Positions 29,433 through 45,614 are shown, numbered from the stretch's first letter. The stretch: DNA of 64,000 nucleotides from Candidatus Kapaibacterium sp. (GCA_963664875.1 OY761611.1:1376001-1440000), one strand, 5' to 3'. Numbers and translations are program-made. Notes: generated from the sequence alone by a model not told the origin.

Positions 29433-30608
29433 TCAATCGATATTCTCTACTATCATTGCTACGGCTTCGCCACCACCTATGCAAAGCGATGCCATTCCAT
29501 ATTTCTTATCCCTTTGCTTCAGGGCATATATCAAAGTTGTCAGCACTCTTGCTCCCGAAGCTCCAATGGGATGCCCCAGAGCTATTGCACCACCATTTAC
29601 ATTTATCTTTTCGTATGGGATATTAAGTTTTCTTGCTCCAATAATAGAAACAGTAGCAAAAGCTTCGTTAATCTCAAACAAATCGATATCCTCAATCGCA
29701 ATACCTGCTTTATCGGCTGCCTTTTTCATAGCTTCTACGGGAGCAGTTGTAAACCACTCCGGTTCCTGAGCGTGAGTAGCATAAGCAATAATCTTAGCAA
29801 TAGGTTTCTTATTATGCTTGCTAACATAGCTATCGGAAGCAATCACCAACGCAGCCGCTCCGTCATCAATTGAAGAAGCATTAGCAGCAGTAATTGTTCC
29901 CTCTTTTTTAAATACGGGTTTTAGCGAAGGAAGTTTCTCAAAATTAACTTTCGATGGTTCTTCATCTAAATCAACAGTAATATCGCCTTTGCGTGTAGAA
30001 ATTACTACCGGCACAATCTCATCAACAAACAAACCGGATTCCTGTGCTTTGATGGCACGTTTGTAACTCAAAGTTGCAAATTCGTCCTGATCTGCTCTGG
30101 AGATTTTGCATTCATCAGCACACAACTCGCCGGCAATACCCATGTGAAATTTATTATAGACATCCCATAATCCGTCATTGACCATCGAATCTACAAGTTC
30201 TCCGTTTCCCATTCTATAGCCTGTGCGAGCATTAGGCAGTAGGTATGGAGCATTCGACATAGACTCCTGCCCTCCGGCAACAACAAGACTTGATTCTCCC
30301 AAACGAATCGACTGATCAGCAAGCATAACAGCCTTTAAACCACTTCCGCAGACTTTGTTGATTGTCATACATGGGACATGATATGGCAATCCGGCAAATA
30401 CAGCAGCCTGTCTGGCAGGTGCCTGCCCGACTCCTGCAGTGAGTACGTTACCCATTATTACTTCATTTACATGTGTTTTATCGATTTCAGCCTGAGCAAG
30501 AGCCGCTTCGATTGCTTTAGCTCCTAACTGGGGTGCAGTCAGATTCGAAAATGCACCCATGAATGCACCAATGGGTGTTCGTTTTGCAGACAATATATAA
30601 GTCGCCAT
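29433..30608 (-). CDS. Acetyl-CoA C-acetyltransferase (thiolase)
   Basis: INKVCGSG, EINEAF, GHPIGASG, LCIGGG. Confidence 0.95.
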   Translation of the reverse strand: MATYILSAKRTPIGAFMGAFSNLTAPQLGAKAIEAALAQAEIDKTHVNEVIMGNVLTAGVGQAPARQAAVFAGLPYHVPCMTINKVCGSGLKAVMLADQSIRLGESSLVVAGGQESMSNAPYLLPNARTGYRMGNGELVDSMVNDGLWDVYNKFHMGIAGELCADECKISRADQDEFATLSYKRAIKAQESGLFVDEIVPVVISTRKGDITVDLDEEPSKVNFEKLPSLKPVFKKEGTITAANASSIDDGAAALVIASDSYVSKHNKKPIAKIIAYATHAQEPEWFTTAPVEAMKKAADKAGIAIEDIDLFEINEAFATVSIIGARKLNIPYEKINVNGGAIALGHPIGASGARVLTTLIYALKQRDKKYGMASLCIGGGEAVAMIVENID

Positions 30609-30876
30609 ATTTGATCTTTCCTTGAAAATTGCAAATAAAATATCTCAATAACTTAGAAACGGTATTGGCAAAATGATATTTTCAAAAATGTGTAAAAAAA
30701 AACATTATAAAATTATCTCCATGATATAATGGAAAGTCTTATAATTTATAGACTTACAAGAATTTGGTATATAATGAGTAATTTTTGGTAGAATAAATTA
30801 TCAATCTTCTACTTTAATTTTTCAAATATGTGTTATATATTTGCTTGTTGCAGTGTAACACAGTTTTGCAATAGGC

Positions 30877-31512
30877 ATGAAAATAATACAAATAGAAGCA
30901 GGTCCTCTAATGAACAACGCTTTTATAGTTTACTGCGAAGAAACTATGGAAGCAGCAGTTGTAGATGTACCTTTAGAAAGTAAAAATATATTTACTCAAG
31001 AGCTTGAGAGAGAAGGTTTGACATTAAGGTCTATACTTCTCACTCATTCGCATTTTGACCATATTGGCGACTGTGCCGAATTGCAATCATCTACCAATGC
31101 TGAAATCTATATTCATCAGGATGATGCTTATCGCTTAGAAAATCCCAACGAACATACTGTAATTAGTCTGCCTCCTATCGAGGGTGTAACAGATTATAAA
31201 CTACTTACAGATGGCATGGAAGTTGCGATAGGTAACTGTAAACTTGGAGTTATCCATACTCCGGGACATACTGAAGGTAGTGTTTGTTTTATAGATCATA
31301 TAGACAAACTTGTATTTTCAGGTGATACTTTGTTTCGAGAATCAGTAGGAAGATGTGATTTGCCGGGCGGCAATATGACTACTTTGATGCAATCAATAAA
31401 AACCAAGCTTATGGTACTGGACGACGACTATAAAGTGCTTCCGGGACACGGTCCTTTTACCAGCATAGGCATGGAAAAAAAATACAATCAGTTTAGAGCA
31501 AACTTTTTATGA
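30877..31512 (+). CDS. MBL-fold hydrolase (glyoxalase II-like)
   Basis: THSHFDHIG, TPGHTEG, FSGDTLF, PGHG. Confidence 0.92.
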   Translation: MKIIQIEAGPLMNNAFIVYCEETMEAAVVDVPLESKNIFTQELEREGLTLRSILLTHSHFDHIGDCAELQSSTNAEIYIHQDDAYRLENPNEHTVISLPPIEGVTDYKLLTDGMEVAIGNCKLGVIHTPGHTEGSVCFIDHIDKLVFSGDTLFRESVGRCDLPGGNMTTLMQSIKTKLMVLDDDYKVLPGHGPFTSIGMEKKYNQFRANFL

Positions 31513-31997
31513 TAAAAGCAATAATATTATCCTTATTTTTGTTTTTGTCCGGATGTTCTTATTCTTTCAAAGGAGGTTCGGTACCTGCTCATTTAAAAAC
31601 TGTATATGTAGCACCCGTGATTGATAAAAGCAATTACGGCAATCCTACATACATTACTGACTTAAGTAATAAAATTATCGACGAAATTCGCTCGGATAAC
31701 TCACTTAAGATTGTAGAAATCGGTGGAGATTCGAGATTAGAAGTAACTATTACTTCTATAAATGAAAGGACTACTTCTGTTTCTGCTAATGAATTAGAGC
31801 AGGATAGGAAGGTTGTGGTAGCTTGCAAGGTTTCTTTTACAGACAAAATCAATAACAAGGTGATTCTGGAAAAGAGCTTCAGCAAAGACAGATTTTTTGA
31901 TGTTAACCAAGTACCGGATAGTCGTGATGAAGCTATCGGCGAGATAATCGGAGAGTTATCCGAAGAAATTATATTTGCGATTGTTTCGGGCTGGTAA
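31509..31997 (+). CDS. LptE-family lipoprotein
   Basis: Lipobox LSGC, YSFKGGS, C-terminal W typical of FCB LptE-like proteins. Confidence 0.75.
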   Translation: MIKAIILSLFLFLSGCSYSFKGGSVPAHLKTVYVAPVIDKSNYGNPTYITDLSNKIIDEIRSDNSLKIVEIGGDSRLEVTITSINERTTSVSANELEQDRKVVVACKVSFTDKINNKVILEKSFSKDRFFDVNQVPDSRDEAIGEIIGELSEEIIFAIVSGW

Positions 31998-32044
31998 ATA
32001 ATTAAGGGGTTGTTTGTTAATTAAGGGTGAGATGATCTCAACCT

Positions 32045-33499
32045 ATGGAACTTTACGTATTAATAACCTACTTTTTGGCTTTGACTGTTCTTTTCACTTT
32101 CGGTATTCATGGACTGATACTATTGTATTATTACAGAAAAACCGGTGGAAATGCAATTCAAGACTTAAAGTTAGACGAGGGTAACGCACCTAATGTTACC
32201 ATACAGTTGCCTCTCTTCAATGAGATGTATGTGGCTGAAAGACTTATTCGTTCAGTTTGTGCCATCAATTATCCTAAGGATAAACTCGAGGTGCAGGTTT
32301 TAGATGACTCAACGGACGAAACTCAGGAACTTTGTAAGACATTGGTAAAAGAATATCAAGACAGAGGTTTTGATATTAAGTATTTACACAGAACAGACAG
32401 AAGCGGCTACAAAGCAGGTGCTTTGAAAGAAGGTTTGGCTGTCGCCAAAGGTGATTTTGTAGCTATTTTTGATGCTGACTTTGTACCTAAACCTGAGTTT
32501 TTAGAAAAAACTATCCCACAGTTTAATGCTGATAATATCGGTATGGTTCAAACTCGTTGGGAGCATCTTAACGAAGATTACTCCTATCTGACAAGAGCTC
32601 AGGCACTTGCTTTAGACGGACACTTTGTTATCGAGCAGCAGGTCAGAAACAAGGCAGGATTCTTTATCAATTTTAACGGTACTGCCGGAATCTGGAGAAA
32701 AGAGTGTATCATTGATGCGGGTAACTGGCAACCGGATACACTTACTGAAGATTTGGATTTGAGCTACAGAGCACAACTCAAAGGCTGGAAGTTTGTTTTC
32801 CTAAATGATGTTACTTCTCCGGCTGAGTTGCCGGCAGACATCAACGCACTGAAAACTCAGCAATTCCGCTGGACTAAAGGTGCAGTGGAAACAGCTATTA
32901 AAACACTGCCTTCGGTATTCAAATCCTCGCTTTCCTGGAAAATGAAGTTTGAGTGCTTCGTACATTTGACAAGCAACATAGTGTTTCCTTTTATTATATT
33001 GGTAGCACTGCTTAATGTACCTATAGTGGTTATCAAAAATCACATCGGTGGTTTTGACGAGTTTTACTCGTTGATGTCTATCTTTGTGCTTGCTTCTATC
33101 TCTACTTTCCTTTTCTATTCGTTTGCACAAAAAGCAATACATTTAGATTGGCAAAGGAGATTGCTGCTCTTCCCTGTTTTCTTAGCAGGAAGTATGGGGC
33201 TGGCAGTAAACAACACAAAAGCCGTATTAGAGGCTATAATTGGTAAAAAAACAGGTTTTGCCCGTACTCCTAAAGGCGGTATCATCAAAAAATCCGATAA
33301 ATGGAACAAAAAGAAATACGGCGAAAACCGAATTAGTGCTATAGTTGTTATCGAGTTGCTCCTTGCGGCATATTTTGTAATTGGGATAGGCATTTCTGCT
33401 TATTATTTGGAAATAGCTGCTATTCCATTCCAATTTATGTTTCTAATGGGCTTCGGTACTGTTGGTTATCTTTCTTTGAAGCATGCTTTAGGAAAATAA
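32045..33499 (+). CDS. GT2 cellulose-synthase-like glycosyltransferase
   Basis: DDSTD, KAGAL, FDAD, TEDLD, QQFRW. Confidence 0.93.
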   Translation: MELYVLITYFLALTVLFTFGIHGLILLYYYRKTGGNAIQDLKLDEGNAPNVTIQLPLFNEMYVAERLIRSVCAINYPKDKLEVQVLDDSTDETQELCKTLVKEYQDRGFDIKYLHRTDRSGYKAGALKEGLAVAKGDFVAIFDADFVPKPEFLEKTIPQFNADNIGMVQTRWEHLNEDYSYLTRAQALALDGHFVIEQQVRNKAGFFINFNGTAGIWRKECIIDAGNWQPDTLTEDLDLSYRAQLKGWKFVFLNDVTSPAELPADINALKTQQFRWTKGAVETAIKTLPSVFKSSLSWKMKFECFVHLTSNIVFPFIILVALLNVPIVVIKNHIGGFDEFYSLMSIFVLASISTFLFYSFAQKAIHLDWQRRLLLFPVFLAGSMGLAVNNTKAVLEAIIGKKTGFARTPKGGIIKKSDKWNKKKYGENRISAIVVIELLLAAYFVIGIGISAYYLEIAAIPFQFMFLMGFGTVGYLSLKHALGK

Positions 33500-33741
33500 G
33501 CCAAATAGAACTATGTAGAATATATTTGAATTAAAAAGGAAGTAGAATCAATATGTTTGGTTCTACTTTTTTTTGTGTATATGGTGATATGACATATCTA
33601 TTCCACCCTAGTAAGAAATAGACATATCATGTAGTTCGTCAGCATTTATAACGTAGCAGTTTATTTTAGCATAAGGCTATTGGAATAGTCTTTAGATGCG
33701 TTTTAAACTACACTAATTTTTTAACACAATATTATAGTCCT

Positions 33742-34002
33742 ATGGCAAAAAAACAGTGTCAGAGTTGCGGGATGCCCCTAAAATTAGATTCTACCGGTTG
33801 GGGTACTAACGCTGATGGTTCGAAAAGTAGCACTTTCTGTATTATGTGCTATGAGCATGGCAATTTTACTAAGCCGGAGATCAATAGCGGTGAAAAAATG
33901 CAGCAATTTGTCTTCGAACTTCTTAGAGCTAAGCATATTCCTAAATTTCTGGTAAAGCTTATGATTAGAGATATACCCAAATTAGAGAGATGGAGTAAGT
34001 AA
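33742..34002 (+). CDS. Zinc-ribbon domain protein
   Basis: CQSCGMPL...FCIMCY...IPKLERW. Confidence 0.85.
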   Translation: MAKKQCQSCGMPLKLDSTGWGTNADGSKSSTFCIMCYEHGNFTKPEINSGEKMQQFVFELLRAKHIPKFLVKLMIRDIPKLERWSK

Positions 34003-34104
34003 ACCACTAAGTTTTTGCAAATATGACAAACAAAAAATTCCATAAGAAGGAATTTTATGATAATTTTGAAGAATATGATTAACTAAATTTTTAAAGAGGA
34101 TATT

Positions 34105-35190
34105 ATGCAAATAGGTATCGTTGGTTTGCCTTTTTCCGGTAAGACTACACTTTTCCAAACTCTTGCACAAATTCATTTAGATCAGTCTGCACTACAAAAA
34201 AGAGATACTAATCAGGCAATTGTAAAAGTTCCTGACAGCCGATTGGATAAACTAAATGCTATATTTAACCCAAAAAAATCAGTAAATGCTACGATTGAAA
34301 TGGTTGATCTTGTCAGCGTTTCTAAAGGTGACAGAAATTCTAATCAGTTCGCAGGACAGTTCCTCGGAAAGGTGAAAACTAACGACGCATTATTGCATGT
34401 TGTTCGTGGTTTCGAAGACGACTCTGTGCCACATTCGGAAGGCTCTATTGACATTTGGAGAGATATTGAGACTTTAGAAGAAGAATTTATGTTTATAGAT
34501 TTGGAATGGTTAGAAAACAGATTCGACAAACTTGACAAAGATTTAAAAAAACCTAAGACCAAAGAGTCTGCGGCTAAAGAAATTGAAGCAATGAAAAGAT
34601 GGAAAGATGCTTTAGAAAACGGCACACCGCTAAGAGAACTCGAAATGTCTGCTGACGAAATCGGCTACATTAAAAATTATGCTCCTCTTACTGCAAAACC
34701 ATTGTTGATTGCAATTAACCTTTCTGAAGAAAATGTAGCTAATGCTGCCAAAATTGTAGAAGAAGTTAAATCCAAAATCAAAGGTGAACATGTCAGAGTA
34801 GAGCCTTTCTTCGCTAAAATCGAATTAGAGCTTTCTCAGTTAGATGATGAAGAAAAACAGATTTTTATGGATGAATACGGTTTGACGGACTCTCCTTTGG
34901 ACAGGATGATTCGTGGCGCATACGAGCTTTTGGGCTTGCAATCTTTCTTTACTGTTGGCGAAGATGAAAACAGAGCTTGGACAATTAAAAAAGGTTCTAC
35001 AGCTCAGGAGGCTGCAGGAACTATTCATACGGATTTCTACAACAAGTTTATTCGCGCTGAAGTTACTGCTTATGCAGACTTTATGGAATTTGGCTCGTTT
35101 GTAAAATGTAAGGAAAACGGCAAATTCCGATTGGAAGGCAAAGAGTACATCGTTCACGATGGCGACATTATGAATATCAGACATGGTTAA
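34105..35190 (+). CDS. ychF: Redox-regulated ATPase YchF
   Basis: GIVGLPFSGKTTLF, LLHVVRGF, LTAKP, TGS domain FFTVG...RAWT...IHTDF...FIRAE. Confidence 0.93.
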   Translation: MQIGIVGLPFSGKTTLFQTLAQIHLDQSALQKRDTNQAIVKVPDSRLDKLNAIFNPKKSVNATIEMVDLVSVSKGDRNSNQFAGQFLGKVKTNDALLHVVRGFEDDSVPHSEGSIDIWRDIETLEEEFMFIDLEWLENRFDKLDKDLKKPKTKESAAKEIEAMKRWKDALENGTPLRELEMSADEIGYIKNYAPLTAKPLLIAINLSEENVANAAKIVEEVKSKIKGEHVRVEPFFAKIELELSQLDDEEKQIFMDEYGLTDSPLDRMIRGAYELLGLQSFFTVGEDENRAWTIKKGSTAQEAAGTIHTDFYNKFIRAEVTAYADFMEFGSFVKCKENGKFRLEGKEYIVHDGDIMNIRHG

Positions 35191-35415
35191 GTCATCAATG
35201 ATATAGAGGCTTAGGATTTTATATTCTAAAAATATATTAGTGTGATTCAGGCAATTAGCATTTGAAGGAATCACATTTTTATTATATCTCTTCAATTAGC
35301 GTTAGGATGTCCGATATATTATGGTCAAAAAAAAATCAAGCGATAAAACTAAATTGTCTTATCGCTTGTAAAATTTTTGCTATTTAGGAGTCCTTGCCTC
35401 CACCCAAATACAGAA

Positions 35416-36081
35416 CTATTCGAAATCTTCGTGCATACCTGATTTATATATCATACGAATGATACCTACGGTACTTTTTACTTCAAGTTTTTTCAAAATG
35501 TTCTTTCTGTGTGTTTCTACTGTTCGAGGGCTAATTTCAAGTAATTTAGCAACTTCAGAAGAAGTGTATTCCTGATTGAGGTATTTGATTATTCCTTTCT
35601 CTCTGTCAGTCAGAGTGTCAAGCTTTTCTCTGGCTTCTATCATTTCATCATTTTCATGATTGCCAAAATCATTAAGAATTATGTCTATAGTGCTGACGCT
35701 GCAATAGTTTTTGGCTACAAGCACCTGCCTGATAGAATTCAGTATTTCTTCTTTAGAATCTGATTTTAGGAGAAAACCATTTACTCCAAGTTTAAGAATA
35801 GATTGGATAAACTTAGGATTGTTTTCGCCGGTAAGGATAACAATTTTCAAATCTTGAGATTTCTTTTTTAGCTTTCTGATGAGCTCTCTAATATCAGTGC
35901 CCGGCATTATAGCATCGAGAAGCAAAACATCCGGGTATTTACTTTCGATATTGTCTAATACTTCAGCGCCATCACGGGAAATACTTACTACTTCGTAATT
36001 ATCTACACTACTGATATACTCGGAGAGTAATTTTGCTACTAATTCATGATCATCAGCTATTGCTACTTTGATTTTTTCCAT
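35416..36081 (-). CDS. NarL/LuxR-family response regulator
   Basis: IADDH, LLLD, GFLLK; LTDRE...ISPRTVETHRKN. Confidence 0.93.
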   Translation of the reverse strand: MEKIKVAIADDHELVAKLLSEYISSVDNYEVVSISRDGAEVLDNIESKYPDVLLLDAIMPGTDIRELIRKLKKKSQDLKIVILTGENNPKFIQSILKLGVNGFLLKSDSKEEILNSIRQVLVAKNYCSVSTIDIILNDFGNHENDEMIEAREKLDTLTDREKGIIKYLNQEYTSSEVAKLLEISPRTVETHRKNILKKLEVKSTVGIIRMIYKSGMHEDFE

Positions 36082-36223
36082 AGTAAAGCTCGGTGCTTAT
36101 CTAAATAATAAAGTTCAATAACTACAAAATACGTTAGTTGAACAAAATATCCAAAAAAATAATGATAAATAGGTAATACTACTTAGAAAAATACCAAATA
36201 AACCTATTTTTTTTAAAAAATAT

Positions 36224-36913
36224 TTATAAATCGCCTATTTTTTTTAGTGTTCTGTCCATCATAAGATGCTTCTCTGCATTCAAAGCTTCGCAAGAATTAT
36301 CTCCATAATCTACATGAACTTTGCCAATATTACGAGCAACACTAAGCGCTATAGTGTGTAGATACTTACTTCTACCACCAATCATAAAAATACAATTATT
36401 CATAGCATCTTTTACAAAGTTTTCCTGAGATTGGAGCTGAGACTCGATACTGTATAGATAGGGTTCAAAATATTCATCATTTAACTTTTTGTTATTTTTA
36501 GCAATCTCATAAAGCATCAGGTAGCCGCATCTCTTTTCTGTGTCGTCGTTGCTTTGTGTCCATTTTTCTGCCAAATTTTGCAAAAAAGTAACTTTCGGCA
36601 TCAATACACTACAATAGGTATGGGCAAGCATCCAATAGTTCAAATCATTTTTTTGTTGATTTACCTGCTCCTCGCTTACCTTTTTTGGATCCTCGAGCAT
36701 AATTGAAAGTAATTTGCAATCTAAATAATCCTCATTCCACAATTCGAGTGCAAGTTCGTGATTTTTGCCAAGGTCTTTAGCTATTTTTTTCAGTTGAGTC
36801 AGTCCAATTCCGAAGGATTTGATGTTCTTTGCAGGAGAAGTCCTTTCCCAAATTGCAATGCCTCTTTCGTTTTTATTTTCTTCTAAAATCTTATAAATAT
36901 CCTGAACATTCAT
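36224..36913 (-). CDS. DNA alkylation repair protein (AlkD-like)
   Basis: FGIGLTQLKKIAK...HELALELW; VKDAMN; IGKVHVDYGDNSC. Confidence 0.8.
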   Translation of the reverse strand: MNVQDIYKILEENKNERGIAIWERTSPAKNIKSFGIGLTQLKKIAKDLGKNHELALELWNEDYLDCKLLSIMLEDPKKVSEEQVNQQKNDLNYWMLAHTYCSVLMPKVTFLQNLAEKWTQSNDDTEKRCGYLMLYEIAKNNKKLNDEYFEPYLYSIESQLQSQENFVKDAMNNCIFMIGGRSKYLHTIALSVARNIGKVHVDYGDNSCEALNAEKHLMMDRTLKKIGDL

Positions 36914-36973
36914 ATTGTTGCCGTCAATAATACTTAATCTGATAAGGAATATTACGTATGAGTAAGTCTCATA

Positions 36974-39082
36974 TTATCTACACATTTTAGTAACTCGAAT
37001 ACTTATCCTTCTGTTTTGCTTTCTGATATTTTCAATCTCATCTCTACTGAGTTTTACTGATTCTTCATAGCTTGGTTCTTTTACTTTAGGCATGGTCGCT
37101 CCCAAGCCTACTGCACCTATTATTCGTTCTTGGCTAACCCCTTGCTCCACTAACCATTCCCGAACTCTTCGTGCTCTTTGCTCCGATAGCCTTTGGTTTG
37201 TAAACGTATCGCCTTCGCTCGAAGCATGGCCTTCTATAATTATTTCCATATTGTCGCATTGATTGATATACTCAAGCATTTTAGCTAAGCTTTTAGCTGT
37301 CTTTTCGTTACTAAAATCAAATCTGCTCGAATTCACCAAAAAATGCACATCAGGAAAATCAGTACGAATTGTTTTCAGAGGTTCTGCAGGGCATCCGTTT
37401 TTTCCTCTTTGCAAAGAGTGAATTCCTGCTAAAAGCGGGCAGTCATCAACTCCGTCTATAATATCATCGAAATCAGTATCGGCATTTAGAGGGTCAGTTT
37501 TTGTTACATTAATTTCTTCAAAATCAGTCAGCATATCTGAATCTGTATCTATAAGTTTCGGGTTGGTTTTATGCAACTCTACCTCAAGACCGTCCGATAT
37601 GCCATCATCATCAGTGTCAAGGCTAAGCGGATTTGTTTTGTGAATTAGTATTTCGTCGTAGTCGCTTAACCTATCCTCATCAGTATCTTTCTCTAAAGGA
37701 TTGGTCATATATTTCAAAACCTCATCACCGTCGGAAAGCCCGTCTGAGTCAGTATCAGCTAGCAAAGGATTAGTCATATATTCGAACACTTCCTGTCCGT
37801 CTTTCAGAAAATCATCGTCAGTATCAGCAATATTCGGATCAGTTTTATATACAAAAAATTCCTGATAATCATCTAATCCGTCTCTATCTGTATCGATTAG
37901 AAGGGGATTTGTAAAAGATTTATTTATTTCATCACCGTCAGAAATTCCATCATTATCAGTATCTGTAAGGTTAGGATTGGTTTTTTTATGATAAATTTCA
38001 TCCCCATCACTTAAGCCATCGCTGTCGGTATCTGAAAGCAAAGGATTTGTATGGTGAAGTGTGATTTCGTCACCGTCAATAATTCCGTCTTCGTCTGTAT
38101 CTGCTCTTGCCGGATTGGTTGTTCTGGTAACCTCCTCTCCGTCATTCAATCCATCGCTGTCGGTGTCTGCCATAAGAGGATTCGATTTGAAAATATTTAC
38201 CTCTTCATAATCAGATAGATTATCTTTGTCAGTGTCAATATCCATAGGATTAGTTCTATATTTTCTGACCTCTTCGCCGTCGTCTAATCCATCGCTGTCG
38301 GTATCCTCTTCATAGGGATTAGTTCCAAGTTTTTCTTCTTCAGAATTGGTAAGACCATCCGAATCAAAATCATCATTAGTGAAGAAATAATAGCTAAGCC
38401 CAAGTCCAAAAGTCATATACTTATCGTCAGAAGGACTATCCTCATGGGATAAGTCATCCAAATAGTCAGTCCCCGTAATTCTATATAAGGCTTTACCCGA
38501 AATAACAATATCCGGAGTAATATTAATTTCAAAACCAAAGCCTATAGGAAAAACTACTTTAGATTTATCGTATTTGCCTAAATAATTATTTGGGAGAGTG
38601 CCACCGTTACCGGAAGCTCCGGAGCGAGGTTCCCAATCTAAGTAAGAAATCCCTGCAATCAGTGAGGGCACTATATCTTCTTTAGTAAAAAAGTTATATG
38701 CAAAAAGCAAATCGAAGGAAGTGAGCCTTACATTGTTTTTAGGCTGTATTACTGACAAAAGAGTATTCCCGTTTCCATCAGTAAAGAAATCCCCGTATTG
38801 AGCTCCTTTACCGTAATAATCGTCATATCGATTGAGATAAACCAAATCAGTTTTGAATATCATTGTTCCTAAGCTAAAAGAGCCAATTACAGAAAATTCG
38901 TTGTAGATATTATATTTGATATAAATATCACCATTCAAGCCAAATTGATTATCTGTAAACTCTCCCCAATATTTTACAAAACCGGCATTGATACCTGCAG
39001 AAAGACGCTGTGCCTCACTTTTTGCAAAAACAGAAACAGGAAGTAAAATCAATATTAAAAGTAAAAGAGTGTATTTTTTCAT
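36974..39082 (-). CDS. OmpA-family protein with Ca-binding TSP3-like repeats
   Basis: Signal peptide, barrel region (TDYLD), about 14 TNPxxxDTDxDGLxDGxE repeats, IEGHAS...NQRLSEQRA...NRR. Confidence 0.9.
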   Translation of the reverse strand: MKKYTLLLLILILLPVSVFAKSEAQRLSAGINAGFVKYWGEFTDNQFGLNGDIYIKYNIYNEFSVIGSFSLGTMIFKTDLVYLNRYDDYYGKGAQYGDFFTDGNGNTLLSVIQPKNNVRLTSFDLLFAYNFFTKEDIVPSLIAGISYLDWEPRSGASGNGGTLPNNYLGKYDKSKVVFPIGFGFEINITPDIVISGKALYRITGTDYLDDLSHEDSPSDDKYMTFGLGLSYYFFTNDDFDSDGLTNSEEEKLGTNPYEEDTDSDGLDDGEEVRKYRTNPMDIDTDKDNLSDYEEVNIFKSNPLMADTDSDGLNDGEEVTRTTNPARADTDEDGIIDGDEITLHHTNPLLSDTDSDGLSDGDEIYHKKTNPNLTDTDNDGISDGDEINKSFTNPLLIDTDRDGLDDYQEFFVYKTDPNIADTDDDFLKDGQEVFEYMTNPLLADTDSDGLSDGDEVLKYMTNPLEKDTDEDRLSDYDEILIHKTNPLSLDTDDDGISDGLEVELHKTNPKLIDTDSDMLTDFEEINVTKTDPLNADTDFDDIIDGVDDCPLLAGIHSLQRGKNGCPAEPLKTIRTDFPDVHFLVNSSRFDFSNEKTAKSLAKMLEYINQCDNMEIIIEGHASSEGDTFTNQRLSEQRARRVREWLVEQGVSQERIIGAVGLGATMPKVKEPSYEESVKLSRDEIENIRKQNRRISIRVTKMCR

Positions 39083-39247
39083 TCGCTTATCTTTTCAGTT
39101 TCCAATTGGTATAATAAACTCCAAACAGCTTAAAGTTTCAAAATTTAGCAAATTTTAACACTTTATCCAAATAGAGTTATTAGACTTTGAAGCTATGTAT
39201 ATGTTGCATCTATAAAATAGTAAATAATTGCATAAGATGACTGGACA

Positions 39248-39911
39248 ATGCTTGTATTATTCTTTTTAAAAAGAATTTGTGTTTCAATCAAGTACTTTTG
39301 CAAAAGATGCACGCATTCTTGATAGTCTCTCTAATTTACAGATAGATTATGAAGAATATGCCGTTAGCGACATATATCTTTCAATGTCAAAAACAGAATT
39401 ATTAAATTTAGCTTTTGAAGATGGTTTTTATTTAGTCGATTCCTCAGAAAACAATCTTACTGTTTCTTAATATGACCTTTTACGAGAGTTGTCTATTACA
39501 GAAAATCGGATTTTTACTTTCCTGAATAACAGATTAGTTAGATTCGACATTCACATTATATGCAGATACAATGTATATTTTTCAGATATGATAAGAGAAG
39601 CAGAAGTTAGGCAGGTCATCTTTTATTTAGTTCTAGATTATTCACACTACGACCTTGAGTTACAAAAAGATCTTTATACAAATTCTGGAGTCATAAAAAT
39701 TAAAGACAGGATATTCACTTTTGAAGAATTTAGAAAAAACAATATAGATGTAGATTTCTACAATGGTATTTTGGATGGAAGCATCTCTATTCAAAGTAAT
39801 AATAAAAAAAATCATAAGTATTATGACATAGGAGTAGCAAATTATACCTCGGATGATTCAATTAGTGGAGTTGCGGAGCTCCATATTACCCATGGATTTA
39901 TTGACCAATAA
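39248..39911 (+). pseudogene. Possible disrupted hypothetical gene
   Basis: ORFs 39279-39470 and 39489-39911 are in the same frame separated by one TAA; upstream ATG at 39248 is in another frame. Confidence 0.45.
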
Positions 39912-39988
39912 TATCTCAAAAAAATCCCCACTCAGAAAAATATCCAAGCAGGGATTCAATTTATGTTTTAGTGCGTGGGGTTAATGTA

Positions 39989-41650
<1,662 letters not shown>

Positions 41651-41674
41651 TTAATCAAATTGTACAAAACAAAA

Positions 41675-41962
41675 TTAGTCATTGATAATAGCGAAAACGT
41701 CACTTTCACGCATCATCAAAAGCTCTTCTCCGTCCACATTGACTTCAGTACCGGAGTATTTTCCATAAAGCACTTTATCGCCTACCTTAACTTGCATTTC
41801 AATCAAATTGCCATTCTCAACTTTTCCTTTACCGGTAGCGATAATTTCACCTTGCATAGGTTTTTCTTTTGCAGTATCCGGCAAAATAATACCACCTTTA
41901 GTAGTTTCCTCTGCCTTTGCAGGTCTCACGATAATGCGATCATGCAATGGTTGTAGCGTCAT
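41675..41962 (-). CDS. groS: Co-chaperonin GroES
   Basis: [26 protein letters not shown]. Confidence 0.98.
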   Translation of the reverse strand: MTLQPLHDRIIVRPAKAEETTKGGIILPDTAKEKPMQGEIIATGKGKVENGNLIEMQVKVGDKVLYGKYSGTEVNVDGEELLMMRESDVFAIIND

Positions 41963-42018
41963 CTTTTTTCTCCCAAAAATTTGTGCTTACAAGTGAAAAA
42001 TATTATTTAGTAAAACTA

Positions 42019-42045
42019 TTAGCACTCTGTTTTATCGAGTGCTAA
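42019..42045. promoter_or_regulatory. CIRCE element (HrcA operator)
   Basis: Perfect TTAGCACTC-N9-GAGTGCTAA upstream of groES. Confidence 0.97.
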
Positions 42046-42203
42046 CAATACAACGCAAATATAAAATATTTATTGCTATCGTACCAAATATTTTTTTATA
42101 TCCTCCAAAGATAATTTGAAGGCAATTTCCACATATTCTCTGGACTCCCATAAACGCAAAAAAGTCTGCATAAACTAATATACAGACTTTTTTAAAAAAA
42201 GAA

Positions 42204-42319
42204 TCCGGCAGCGACCTACTCTTCCACGCAGTCACCCACGCAGTACCATCGGCGCAACAGGTCTTAACTACTCTGTTCGGAAAGGGAAGAGGTGTAGCCC
42301 CTGTGCCATAGCCACCGGA
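42204..42319 (-). rRNA. rrf: 5S rRNA, operon A
   Basis: CCGAAC loop, GATGGTACT, AGAGTAGGTCG; ends approximate. Confidence 0.95.
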
Positions 42320-42437
42320 AAAAAAGATTTATATAAGGAAGTAAAATACGTTTATATAGAGCAAAAGGAATAAAGATGAAACAATATAATAATTTGTAAG
42401 TCTAAAGAGATTGGTATAACAACTCAAAACTATTATT

Positions 42438-45253
<2,816 letters not shown>

Positions 45254-45453
45254 GAATTAGTTTTGAGTTGTTATACTAATCTCTTCGACGCAAATTATTA
45301 AGTTTCATACTTACATTTATATCTTTGCAGATACTTTTGGCTCTATTGTATTTTACTTTACTGCCTTTGTATGGGCAGTAACACCTTAATTGTCAAATAA
45401 CTTTTCAATTTTGTAAATTTTCTTACAGGAATGCGCTTAGCATCCATTGTTTG

Positions 45454-45526
45454 TGGATCTAAGCGGGATCGAACCGCTAACCTCCGGCTTGCAAAGCCGG
45501 CGCTCTCCCAGTTGAGCTATAGACCC
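45454..45526 (-). tRNA. tRNA-Ala(TGC)
   Basis: Cloverleaf GGGTCTA...TTGCAA...GGTTCGATCC...TAGATCCA, G3.U70. Confidence 0.95.
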
Positions 45527-45540
45527 TGATTTCGCATATG

Positions 45541-45614
<74 letters not shown>

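Noticed and set aside
37440-38375. Periodic ~69-bp pattern as a DNA repeat array
   Set aside because: Explained by the 23-aa Ca-binding repeats of the OmpA protein
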